Part shown: piece by piece, positions 27,730 through 40,035 of the stretch | Numbering within the stretch: the stretch's first letter is position 1 | How the letters are laid out: each line of letters begins with the position of its first letter | Assembly: GCF_018350175.1 (NCBI RefSeq) | Contig: NC_058368.1 | Span: 56,918,001 to 56,982,000 of the forward strand | Length of the DNA: 64,000 bases | Origin: Felis catus | Taxonomy: Eukaryota | Direction: 5' to 3' | Program-made: the position numbers and the translations under genes | Notes under the pieces: model-generated | Seen by the model: the letters and a program-made list of their open reading frames with translations, nothing else | The model's database searches: none | Told to the model about the DNA's origin: nothing

Positions 27730-28132
27730 TGTAATTACACTCCTCTTGGGAACCTTTGAATTTCTACTCTGTTCTACACATGGGGCCTCATGGATTTCCC
27801 CTTTGATGGCTCCTTTTCATCCTTCATCTTTAAGCTTAAATGCTACCTTCTGAGAAAGGTCTTTCATAATACCTCAATCACTAACTTAATGTCATCTCCT
27901 TTATAACCACTAATCATTCTGTGTCTCTACCCAAGTATATAGTTTACTTCCTCAGTATAACTTCTGATATATCTTAATGAGTTGTGAACCAGTTTACTTG
28001 ATGTATGCATGTCTCAACCAATACAACATTAGATCAGGAGGGCACAGATCATGCCTACCTAATCATCATCTCTAGTACCTCCCATAGAGCTTGCTAATTT
28101 CGTAGGTACTCATGAATACTTGTTGAATAAAT
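27730..28132 (+). mobile_element. L2 3' end
   Basis: gcttaaatgctaccttct ... gtaggtactcatgaatacttgttgaataaat. Confidence 0.75.
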
Positions 28133-28299
28133 GTGGGTTACTTTCCAATTTATCCTGTCAAACTATTTTCTATCTTCTCTTAAATATATTATTTGAAATG
28201 TTATTTTAAAAAAATATATAACTTAATTTTCAACCAGAATTTAGTTACAAAGGAAAAAATGAATAAAAACTGTCTCAAAGGCATCTCTCATGTACTACA

Positions 28300-30925
28300 T
28301 TCTATTTACAATGCCTTCCTCCTCTATGACAGCCAAATTCTCCTTCCCATTCTCTCTTAAGCCCATTTCTTTTTGGCTTTGCCTCTCACCATTCCACCAA
28401 ATTGTTTTTATCAACATTGTAGTCAAACTCCACACCAAGATAGATATACTGTGACCCTTATGTTTAAGGTCTGGAACCCCTCGCTTTCATTGGTTACTTC
28501 TATCTCACTAATTGGGAGCGGTCCTAGTTTAAGTATATTTACATAACATTTGGAAAGGTGAAATATTTTCTCTCACATAGTTAGGAACAGTTCTTCTTCC
28601 TTTTGATATTTCTCCTTCATACTTCTTGATTTTGAGGACAAATGTCCAGAGTGTTTTGGAAATGCAGCCAAAGGCAAGTTGATTTGGAAAAACATTGAAT
28701 TTTAGTGTAATAGGGTTGTTTATAATTGTTTGTAATTACTACTGTATACATAGGGTTATTTCTGGCAAAAGTGGTATAGGACTACTTTCAAAGGATACTT
28801 TCTCACCCACTATGCGTCACCTGGAGTTGTGATATAAGGGTGCAGGTGAATTGCAGGCTCTGCACCTGGTATCTGGAAGTATGTAGGCAACATATAAGAT
28901 ACAAGTCTTAAAATATACAGTGCCAGATGCTAGACTGTGGAAATTTTATCCAGTCATCAAATGTGGATCATTGCAAGCAGTGTTTTAGTTCTTATGGATA
29001 CCTAGTCAAAATGAATGTTCTCACCTGTCAGGAATACACTTGATGATGTAGTACAAACAAGTGTATATACACTGCATTTTCTTTTCCCTATGTGAATTGT
29101 GAAAACAGAATTCATCAGAAACTATGTTTGTAGGGCCATAACATAAGCAGTAAATACATCTGTATGTGAGGTAAAACTTTAATGAATCTCTACTTATTGG
29201 ATTGAATCTGAGTCTATCTAACACATCATACCCTAAACAAACAGTATTGTGGCTCTACCCTGCAGTAATATTGCCTGAAAAAATAAGTATTCCAGGAATA
29301 AAACTTCGAATATTTATCAATAACTCAATGCACATTGCATAAAAATAATTTAATTAAAAATTAGGTTACTTGATAGACTATAGTGACAACTTTATTTGAA
29401 TTGTTTTCTCCCTTAATTTCAAATTAATATTAACAATTATTGGACAGATTCACATATTACTAATAAAAAATAAAAAATATAAAAAAAGGAAGAAGACTGG
29501 CAGAAACTTCAATGCCAAAGTCCACAGAAACTATGAATTTTGTTGTCAAAAATTATGAAAAAAATTTTTAATAAGCGATAAAAATAAAGACCAACCAGTT
29601 GGAGAAAAGACCAAGGTCTTTACTTTCTCTTCAGAAATGATACCATAATATTCTTGGGATATAAAGATAGTGAACAAAGAGTATGCATCCAAAATTGTAC
29701 AGAAAAGATATATTACAGATTTATATCAAGCAGCTACTTAAAAATAAAACCACTGTATTATTTTCTCTGGATTTTGTAATATTTGTCATATATGCCAAAG
29801 AGGTCTGTTATCTGATGCAAACTCTTTTCTCATTATAAATAAATATATAACATTGCACCTAATTATAAATTCAAGGGTTTATATTGTTGGATAATATAAA
29901 CTTCTACCACCAGCTCTGGAAGCAACTATGGCTCCATGCAGCCCCAGTTAAGGAGTGACTGAGTCCTCACAGAAGCTTTTGCTGTTTCCCCCTCCTTTCT
30001 TCGGGATATACTTTCTATATTTGACTTCAGGGCACAGCAATCCCGTGGTTTTCTTCCTACTGTACTCTTAATACTTTTTCTTCTCTGTTTATCCCCACTG
30101 TCTTTGAGATGTTATCCAGTCTGGGGACTGGATCCACACCATCAAAATGCAACACAACTGGTATTTTGAAACACTTAAAGTTACGATCCCAGGCAAGAAC
30201 TCCAGAGTTCTAGATCTTTTTTTTTTCCTAACCCCACTCCTACAGGTATCCAGTCTTAATTAATGGCAACTCCTTACTAGTTATATCTTGCTTTGTATCT
30301 TTGATTATCCATGATTTTTTTTTGAAATATCTCAAACACATCAGGCAGTTTTCCTCAGAAAACTGGCATTTTCACTATGTTTAGAATACTGTATATCCCT
30401 AATACACAGATTACGCAGTACTTTTCAAAATTCAGTCTTTATTCAAATACCACATGTTCTTTATATTTTTAAGCTTATTTATTTATTTATTTTGGGAGAA
30501 AGGGAGGGACAGAGAGAGAGGGAGAGAAATTTCAAGCAGGCTCTGTGCTGTCCATGCAGAGCTCAACATAGGGCTTGAACTCACGAACTGTGACATCATG
30601 ATCTGAGCCAAGATCAAGAGTCTGACACTTAACCAGCTGAGCCACCCAGGCACCCCCAAATGCCACATTTTCAGTAAAGCCTTACCTGACTATTTAAAAT
30701 TGAATACCCTATCTTAACAGAACTTAATCCCTTTTTATGATTTATTTCCCCATCCAAAATGTTTATTTTTATATAGTATATTTGCTTATTTTTATGTATT
30801 TTTTGTTTATCTCCTCCCATTATGATAGGGGTAGGGCTTTTTTATTTGTTAATACTGATTTTGCAATATGTACAGTCATGCCTCACACACTGAACTTCTT
30901 GAATAAATAATTTTTGAATGGATAA
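28300..30925 (+). mobile_element. L2 fragment split by a ~1.45 kb insert (~28505-29963) and a SINE
   Basis: caccattccaccaaattgtttttatcaa on the left; ggttttcttcctac ... aaataatttttgaatg on the right; collinear with L2 as remembered. Confidence 0.6.
30460..30657 (-). mobile_element. Can-SINE
   Basis: Degenerate TSD caaataccacat / caaatgccacat. Confidence 0.93.
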
Positions 30926-31788
30926 TAAATACATTTAAGCTATTGGTCACTTATTTATTTCCCAAAGGTTATTTTTTGTGTATCCTTATTCTAAAGATAT
31001 GTATCTTAACTTTGAAAAGGTAGATAGAGAGCCATTTAAAACCTCTATAATGAATGAATAATATTCCATTTACTTATGTGATATGATGTTGATAAGTTTT
31101 CTAAAATTATACCTATATAATTCCTCATTCTGAAATCTAAGTAGCAACAATAGAGAAATTACACATCAATCATAGAACCATATGTACCTGATCAATTTAT
31201 ATATGCCATATGTAAACAAAATACACATGTTACAACCCTAGCATCTATACAGAGGTAATAATGAACATTGAGTGAACCCTGGGTGTCTCAGGATATAATT
31301 AAGGTAAGTTTCACAGTCATTATCCCTGAAAAGATATCTGAAAGGTTATGTTAACTGGAGCTAATCCAAGAATTGAGATCCAATCTAGTCTTATTTCAAT
31401 TGTTGATGTGTAGTATAACTAATTGGAAATCCCAGAGAAACCTTATAATTGATTTCCCATTTATGATATTATGCCCTTATAAGATTGTTAAGATATACAC
31501 TTGTAAGTATATCTATACCTTCCTTAGTAAAAAAATAAATAAGATAAAATATTTATCTAGGCAAAGCATTCCCAAGGGCAAGCATATTTGCTTTGTTTTA
31601 ATGCATAAATTAGTTTTCATTTTGAAAGCTCTTGTAACATTTTATTCAAAAGTGTCTTTTCCTAATAGGGACCTTTAATAATTTAACTAATATAAAAATA
31701 ATCTTGGTACTTTCTTACAAAAACCATTTTTAAAAAAGGTATTTAGTTACTTTTCATTGATATCTTTTTTAATCTGATATTTTTGCAG

Positions 31789-31812
31789 ATATTTAATAGA
31801 AACTTGATTTGA
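31789..31812 (+). CDS. Candidate terminal coding exon (IFNRNLI*) with AATAAA at 31845-31850
   Basis: tttttaatctgatatttttgcag| acceptor; phase-0 frame ends in TGA; hexamer about 30 nt downstream. Confidence 0.22.
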   Translation: MFNRNLI

Positions 31813-32757
31813 AAATTGTGCTTTAAAAAAAAGCCAAGAAAGCAAATAAATGACTGATGATATCTGATATTACAGTGGACTAAAACATAATGCACTTTAA
31901 TAATAACTTTTTATAATTACATAATAATTATATTAATTGATTATAACATCTTAATATATAGCAATAGCTAATATAATCAATATGTATTAATGGTTGTAAT
32001 AATAATTAGTGAATATTATTGTATGAATTTAATAATTATTGATTAATAAATGTTTAATATTTTTAAATGACATACCTTATCTTTATTTGTAATCTGTTTA
32101 CCTAGTTTATCTAGTTTGGGAATGAATTTTTTCTTACCCCCGTAATATTAATCAACTTTAACCCTTTTTCTGTTTTACAACTACTTGTGTTAGATAGTAC
32201 ACAAAATATTAACTCTCAAAGTACTGTTCCTCAAAATCTCAGTAAAACATCCACAATATTGCCTGGGCCTGTATATTTTCAAAATTTAAAATTTCACTAA
32301 TGTTTATGGGATTATTCACTTTTCATTTTTCCTTTACCAATTTAAGCATTTTTTTGATTTTTAATAAATTAACACATCGTGGGTAAATTTTCAAAAAATT
32401 TGGATATTAATATTTATAATATTCCTTTATATGTTTTAATGTTATGACTGTTTCTCTCCTATTCTGCAGTTTTATTTTAAATGCCTTTTTTTTCTGACAT
32501 TTCTTGTTAGTCTGTTTTATTACTAATATGTTGCAAAGTATCAGCTTTCAGCTTTACTGATCAAATTTTTCTTGCTATTTATTTCACTTATATCTTCTCA
32601 TATCTTTATTATTGCATTTTTCTGCTTTTCTGTTTACTCTTTGTTCCTTACCAGCTCTTGATTTGAACATTTTAGTGCATATAATTTTTTTTTGTTTTTA
32701 CTTTCATGTAAATATATTTAAAGTGACTTATTTCCCTTGTGATATTGCTTTACCTGT

Positions 32758-33240
32758 ATATATTAGTTATCTGTTGATGTTAACAAATTAACCCACTTAA
32801 TGGCTGAAAACAGCAAACATTATTTCAAAGTTTATATTATTGTTATTATTGTTATTGTCCAGCTAGTAGTGGGGGACACAGTCTCTTTTGAAGTAATTAC
32901 TGGAAAGTATCTGCTTCAAAGCCACCAACATAGTTACTGGCAGAATTTAGTCCTTTGTGGCTTATTGGGCATTGATCTCAGTTCCGTGCTATCTTGGCCA
33001 ATTCATGGTGCAGCTTACAACATGGCAGCTTGCTTCGGTAGAGTAATCAAGCAACACATGCAGGTAACATGGAAGCCATTGTCTTTTTTGATATTAATCT
33101 AGAAATAGTGTCACCTTTGTCATGTTTTATTGTTAAGAAATGAGTCACTGCATCCAGTTCACACTCAAGAACAGGGCGTTACACATTGCCATGTATGCCA
33201 GGAAGTGGAAATCACGGGGAGCCTTGGTTGAAGTGCTTCA
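32758..33240 (-). mobile_element. MLT1 LTR within old antisense L1M sequence
   Basis: tattagttatctgttgatgttaacaaatta ... gcagcttacaacatggcagcttgcttc. Confidence 0.75.
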
Positions 33241-33999
33241 CACCTGGTGTTTCACTGATTTTGACATGTATTCTTCAAGTGGCATTCAACTCTATGTATC
33301 TTTTAATTGGCCTAAGGGTTGTTTTTCTTTCTATTAAGGATGATTTGTTTATATTTTTAATTTTAAATCCAGATATATAGGATTTTTAAATAGCTATCAT
33401 GTGTTTATTATTCCTTTTCCTTCATTTACGGTCCTTGAAAGCCTGACCTCAAAAGTGTTTATGGCTCTTGTTTTCCATTTCTGTTCCTCTTTTACTCAGC
33501 ATATGCTTCTTTATGGCCTTTATATTGATTAAATATACTTTATACTATTTTAGTTGATAGATTTATAAGATATCATAACCCTCCTCCTTTTAAAATGATA
33601 CTAATAAATCTAAAGTATAGCAATAAATAACTCTTTATAATCCCTAAACATTTAACACTTTGAAAGAGAAACCCTTACAAAATGCTTCAATAGTTTCAAA
33701 TTGCCATGTATTATAGGGAATGATTTAAAGTTACTGGAGCACTTTATTTCTTTTAAATGTTTCAGTTTGGAATTGAATAAAAGAGCGTTTGAGCATATAT
33801 TCATTACTGAGAAAATATTCCTTAAATAATTTCAGATGTAGTCTTGCAACCTAAATAAGAAGCGGGGAATGAATAGGAGACTTCATTCAGTATGTGAGCT
33901 CAGGATACTTTTTTGCTCCTATCTGTTAGTTTTGGAATAAATTCATTCTCATTTTGAATGTTCCTCCTCTAACATTTTATATTATAAAGAGAATTTTTA

Positions 34000-34205
34000 A
34001 GGTGCCTGTGTAGCTCAGTCAGTTAAGCACCTGACTTCAGCTCAGGTCATGATTTCACAGTTTGTGGATTTGAGTGCTGTGTAGGGCTCTGTGCTGACAG
34101 CTCAGAGCCTGGAGCCTGCTTCAGATTCTGTGTCTCCCTTTCTCTCTGACCATTGCCATTCACACTCGGTCTCTCATAAATGAATAAATTTTAAATACTT
34201 TTTTA
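34000..34205 (+). mobile_element. Can-SINE
   Basis: Head, body and tail. Confidence 0.92.
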
Positions 34206-34938
34206 AAAAGAATTTTCTAGCCATCTAGTAATGGAGAGAAAATATGTTTTTAACAATTTCTCTAACTTTTCTTGAAAATGTGTGTGTATTGCCATATCAT
34301 TAAGAATACAAGAAGTTGGATGTGTTTAACTCTGTAATTTCTAGTGAAGATCTATGGCATTTTAACTCAAATGCAGGGAACAATTCTGTAAAATCAAACA
34401 ATAAAAATATTATTTTCAGTTGCAAAGTAATTTGGGATTAATTCAGTTTCGACTGAAGGCTAGACTACACCACACAGAAGTTGGATTTACTAACTGTTCA
34501 ATTCATCTAGCCAATTTGGCAGACCTAACTGAAAATTTGTATCTAAAAACATCACTCTGAGATTTTTAAAAAAGAGTCCTTCCGGGTTCAATTATAATAA
34601 AGTTTCCAAATATCAATTTTGCACTTTTTCTAAGTATTAATTTAGGCAATGAAGCGTAAATTTTTCTAAAACCAAGAGAGAAATTCTGTGAGTTTTGAAG
34701 AAATAAACACACGAGGTTTCTGGTTAATGATGGTAGATGGAGCATGTTAACTTCTTTCCTTCTGGAACTCTACTACAATGAAGAGAAGAGATAGTGGAAG
34801 GGAAGAGATTACCACACAATTCTACTAAAATTGAACTCTATTTTGAAGTAACTTTAGATTTGCATGTAGTTGTTGTAAGAAATCATACAGAGAAATCCAT
34901 TGTGCCCTTTACCAAGTTGCTTCCAATCATAACATTTT

Positions 34939-35280
34939 TTATATTAATTTTATTTTTTTTAATTTACATCCTAATTAGCATATAGTGCAACAATGATTTC
35001 AGGAGTAGATTCCTTAATTCCCCTTACACATTTAGCCCATCCCCCCTCCCACAACCCCTTCAGTAACTCTCTGTTCTTCATATTTAAGAGTTTCTTGTGT
35101 TTTGTCCCACCCCCATTTTTATATTATTTTTGCTTCCCTTCCCTTATGCTCATCTGTTCTGTGTCTTAAAGGCTTCATATGAGTGAAGTCATATGACATT
35201 TGTCTTTCTCTGACTAACCAAAGAGGTGAAAAATCTATACACTGAAAACTATAGAAAGCTTATGAAAGAAATTGAAGAAG

Positions 35281-35312
<32 letters not shown>

Positions 35313-36102
35313 AAAAATATTCCATACTCCTGGATAGGAAGAACAAACATTGTTAAAATGTTGATACTACCCAAAGCAATCTACATATTCAATGCAATCC
35401 CTATCAAAGTAACACCAGCATTCTTCACAGAGCTAGAACAAATAATCCTAAAATTTGTATGGAACCAGAAAAGACCCTGAATAGCCAAAGCAATCTTGAA
35501 GAAGAAAACCAAAGCAGGAGACATCACAATCCCGAATTTCAAGCTATACTACAAAGCTGTAATCACCAAGACAGTATGGTACTGGCACAAGAATAGACAC
35601 TCAGATCAATGGAACAGAATAGAGAACCCAGAAATGGACCCACAAACATATGGCCAACTAATCTTTGACAAAGCAGGAAAGAATATCCTATGGAATAAAG
35701 ACAGTCTCTTCAGCAAGTGGTGCTGGGAAAACTGGACAGCGACATGCAGAAGAATGAACCTGGACCACTTTCTTACACTATACACAAAAATAAACTCAAA
35801 ATGGATGAAAGACCTCAATGTAAGACAGGAAGCCATCAAAATCCTCGAGGAGAAAGCAGGCAAAAACCTCTTTGCCACAGTAATTTCTCGGCTGCAGTAA
35901 CTTCTTACTCAACACGTCTCTGGAGGCAAGGGAAACAAAAGCAAAAATGAGCTACTGGGACTTCATCAAAATAAAAACCTTCTGCAGAGCGAAGGAAACA
36001 ATCAACAAAACTAAATGGCAACCGACAGAATGGGAGAAGGTATTTGCAAACGACATATCAGATAAAGGGTTAGTATCCAAAATCTATAAAGAACTTGTCA
36101 AA
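34939..36102 (-). mobile_element. Carnivore L1 with 5' inversion (twin priming)
   Basis: Antisense 3'UTR/poly-T 34939-~35215 joined to sense ORF2 ~35215-36102; 17-bp TSD tccaatcataacatttt (34922-34938 / 36103-36119). Confidence 0.93.
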
Positions 36103-36569
36103 TCCAATCATAACATTTTGCAAAACAGCAAAAACTGTCCTTTGTAACAAGGAACCCTCACATTGGCCTTTTAGAACAGTATCCACCTGTCCCACCTCCA
36201 GACTTGACTTAGCCCCTGGCAACCACTAATCTGTTCCCCTTTTCTATAATTTGTCATTTCAGGAATTCACTATAAATGGAATCATACAATATCTAATCTT
36301 TATTTTTTATTGTTGTTTTTTTCACTCAGCATAATTCTCTGGAGAGTCATCCAAGCTGTAGTGTGTATCTGTGTTCTATTCCTTTTGTTACTGAGTAGTA
36401 TTCCACAATGCAGATTAATATGAATTCATTTGTTGAAGAACATTTGGGTCTTGTCTAGTTTGGAGTTATTGTGAATGAAGCCTCTATAAACATTCATGTA
36501 CACAGGTTTATTTTTTTTAATTTTTTAATTTTTTTGCGAACATAAATCTTCATTGCAGCTTGTCCTTTC

Positions 36570-36777
36570 TATTAACAGGATTTTTTTTCCTTTTTTGAGA
36601 GAGATAGAGACAGAGAGAGCAAGCAGGTGAGGGGAAGAAGGAGAAGGAGACAGAATCCTAAGCCAGCTCCACATCCAGTGCAGAGTCCGATGTGGGCTGA
36701 TCTTATGAATATGAAAACATGACCTGAGCTGACATCAAGAGTGAGACTCTTAACCAACAGAGCCACTCAGGTGCCCC
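36570..36777 (-). mobile_element. Can-SINE (older)
   Basis: Reverse SINE ending caggtgcccc. Confidence 0.9.
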
Positions 36778-36849
36778 AATAGGGTTTTTTCGTAAGGTTT
36801 TCTAAGAGCAACAGATTTCAAAGTTCATGTTATCTTCTTTCTTTTTTTT

Positions 36850-37095
36850 TCCTTTTGAGGTTTTTATTTAAATTCTAATTAGTTAATATATACTGTAATA
36901 ATAGTTTTAGGAGTAGAATTTAGTGATTCATCACTTACATACAACATCTGGTGCTCATCACAAGTGTCTTCCTTAATCCCCATCAGCTATTTAACCCATC
37001 CCCCTCCCTGCCCACCTCCCCTCTGGCAACCCTCAGTTTGTTCTCTATAGTTAAGAGTCTGTTTTCTGGTTTGTCTCCCTCTATTTTTCTTTTTT
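36850..37095 (-). mobile_element. Short carnivore L1 3' terminus
   Basis: aggagtagaatttagtgattcatcacttacatacaac ... ccctcagtttgttctctatagttaagagtct. Confidence 0.85.
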
Positions 37096-37722
37096 CCTTT
37101 TATGGATCATGCTTTTAGTATCAACTCTAAAAACTCTTTTCTATTCCCATACCCTATTTTCTCCTAGGTTTTCTTTTAAAATTTTTATGATTTTACATTT
37201 TAAAATTTTTATGATTTTACATTTTATATTTAAGCACATGACGCATTTTAGCTAATTTTTATATAAGGTATGAGATTTAGGTCAATGGTTTCGTTTTGTT
37301 TTGTGTTTAACTATAGGTATCCAGTTTCTATGGCACCATTTGTCAAAATGTTATCTTTCCTTCATTGTGTTGACATGTTTAGCAAAAATTGGTAGGAAGT
37401 ACTTATGTGGAATTATTTCTGGCTGGTATTCTGTTTCATTGATCTATATTTCTGTCCTTCCACCAACACCACACAGTCATGAATTATGTACCTTTTATTA
37501 TGTCTTAAAATTGGGTAGACTTATTCTTCTCACTTTATTCTCTTTAGGCATTGTTTTAACTATTCTAGTTCATTTGCATTTCCATAGAAATTGTAGAATA
37601 ATGTTTTCTCAATATATCAGAAAATTTTCTGGGTTTTTGCTGGAGTCGTCTTAAACCTGTAGATCAACTCAGGGAGAGTTTATATCTTTACTATGTTGAG
37701 TATTCTAATCCATAAACCTAGT

Positions 37723-37900
37723 ACTGTTGATCCTTGAATGACACAGTTTTGAATTGTGCAGGTTCACTTATTTGCGGATGTTTTCAATAAATACGGTACA
37801 ATAATATAAGTGCATTACCTCTTCCTTATGATTTTCTTAATAACATTTCCTTTTCTTTAGCTTACTTTATTTTAAGAATACAGTATATACACTACATATA
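37723..37900. mobile_element. Tigger2-type (TcMar) DNA transposon fragment, one terminus only
   Basis: ta-ctgttgatccttgaatgacacagttttgaattgtgcaggttcacttat resembles the Tigger2/Tigger2a end. Confidence 0.75.
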
Positions 37901-38978
37901 CTCAGTTTGTTCTCCATAGTTAGGAGTCTCTTATGGTTTGCCTCCCTTTCTGTTTTTATCTTATTTTTCCTTACCTTACCTTCCCCAATGTTCATGTTTT
38001 GTTTCCTAAATTCTGTATATGAATGAAATCATATGATATTTGTCTTTCTATGATTGACTTATTTCACATAGTATAATACACTCTAGTTCCATCCACATTG
38101 TTGCAAATGGCAAGATTTCATTCTTTTTGATTGCTGAGTAATATTCCATTGTGTATATATATGTGTATAGATAATATACCACATCTTCTTATCCATTCAT
38201 CAGGTGATGAACATTTAGGCTTTTTCCATAATTTGGCTATTGTTTATAGCAGTGCTGTAAACATTGGGGTGCTTGTGCCCCTTCGAATGAACATTTTTGT
38301 ATCCTTTGGATAAATACTAGTAGTGCAATTGCTGGATCACAGGGTAGTTCTATTTTTAATTTTTTGAGGAACCTCCATACTGTTTTCCAGAGTTGCTGCA
38401 TGTTTGCATTCTCACCAACACTGCAAGAGGAGAGGTTTCCCCTTTCTCCACATCCTCTCCAACATCTGTTTCCTGAGATGTTAATTTTAGCCTTTCTGAC
38501 AGATGTGAGGCAGTATCTCATTGTGGTTTTGATTTGTATTTCTCTGATGACGAGTGATGTTGAGCATCTTTTCATGTGTCTGTTAGCCATCTGGACATCT
38601 TCTTCAAAAAATTATTCATGTCTTCTGTCTATTTCTTCACTGGATTGTTATTATTGTACCCACCCCAAAAAACAAAAACTATTTGTTTTGGGGGTGGGTA
38701 TTGAGTTTGATAAGCTCTTTATAGACTTGGATACTAACTCTTTATCCAATATGTTATTTACAAATATCTTCTCCCATTCCACAAGTTGCCTTTTGGTTTT
38801 GTTGATTGTTTCCTTCACTGTGCAGAGCTTTCTATCTTGATGAGGCCCCAGTACTTCATTTTTGCTTTTACTTCCTTTGCCTCTGGAGAATGTCTAGTAA
38901 GAAGTTCCTGCAGCCAAGGTCAAAGAGGTTGCTGTGTCCTCCTGTAGGATTTTGATGGTATCCTGTCTCACATTTAGC
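37901..38978 (-). mobile_element. Carnivore L1 3' ORF2/UTR fragment lacking poly-A end
   Basis: ORF 38237-38590 [22 protein letters not shown]. Confidence 0.93.
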
Positions 38979-38979
38979 T

Positions 38980-39052
38980 TTCACATGACTATGAGATGTG
39001 ATCTCTGCCGAAATTGAGAGTCAGATATTTAACTGAGCCACCCAGGTGCCCT
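38980..39052 (-). mobile_element. Can-SINE 5' head only, abutting the L1
   Basis: aactgagccacccaggtgccc with no CT tract or tail. Confidence 0.8.
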
Positions 39053-39179
39053 TCTAAGGTTCTTTCTTGTTTCCCCTCTGTTTAGAAAACTTCCTTTATC
39101 CATTGTTTATAGCACATATCTTCAGACAACAATTTATCTTTTCCTTCATATTAGAATTTTTAAATTTTCCACTCCCTTT

Positions 39180-39399
39180 TTTTTTTAATTTTTTTAATGT
39201 TTTATTTATTTTTGAGACAGAGAGAGACAGAGCATGAACGGGGCAGGGGCAGAGAGAGAGGGAGACACAGAATCAGAAGCAGGCTCCAGGCACTGAGCCA
39301 TCAGGCCAGAGCCCGACGCGGGGCTCGAACTCATGGACCGCGAGATCGTGACCTGAGCTGAAGTCGGACGCTTAACCGACTGAGCCACCCAGGCGCCCC
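39180..39399 (-). mobile_element. Young felid Can-SINE
   Basis: TSD tccactcccttt. Confidence 0.97.
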
Positions 39400-39705
39400 T
39401 CCACTCCCTTTCTGAAGGATATTTTTGCTGAGTTAGGTTTCTGTTATTTTCTTCAAGTACTTGAAATGTATTGTGTCACTTCTTTCTGCCCTCTGTGTTC
39501 TCTGATGAGAAATAGGCTGTCATTCAAAAATATTTTCTCTATAGGCAAGATGTCATTATGTCTGGCCACTTCAAAGATTATTCCTTTGTCTTTAGTTTTA
39601 GAAATGTTATTATGATATGTCTCAGCATGGATTCAGTTCTATCCACTTTATTTTCTCTATCCAGGGCTGCAATGGCACAAATGTTGGATTTTTTTTATAG
39701 TGCCT

Positions 39706-40035
39706 ACTATAGATTGAATGTGTGTGTCCCCCAAAATTCATATATTGAAATCCTAATCTCCAACATAATGGTATCAGGAGGTAGGAATTTTGGGAAGTGA
39801 TTAGTACTCTTATAAAGGAAACCCCATAGAGTTTCCTCACCCTTTTTGTCATGTGAGGACACAGAGAAAAGGATTCTATCCATAAACCAGGAAGTGAGCT
39901 CTCCTTATACACTGAATCTGGTGGTGCCCTGATCATGGACATCCCAATCTCCAGAAGTGTGAGAAATAAGGTTCTGTTGTTTAGAAGCCACCCAGTCCAT
40001 GGTATTCTGTTATAGAAGCCCTAATGGACTAAGGA
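39706..40035 (+). mobile_element. MLT1A-like solo LTR
   Basis: tatagattgaatgtgtgtgtcccccaaaattcatatattgaa ... taatggactaag. Confidence 0.88.

Noticed and set aside
31252..31308. Strong donor aag|gtaagt
   Set aside because: Stops in all three frames from the nearest upstream acceptor; no coding support.
39206..39388. Recurrent ~60-aa 'MAQSVKRPTSAQV...' ORF family
   Set aside because: Translation of Can-SINE consensus from GTG; not a protein family.
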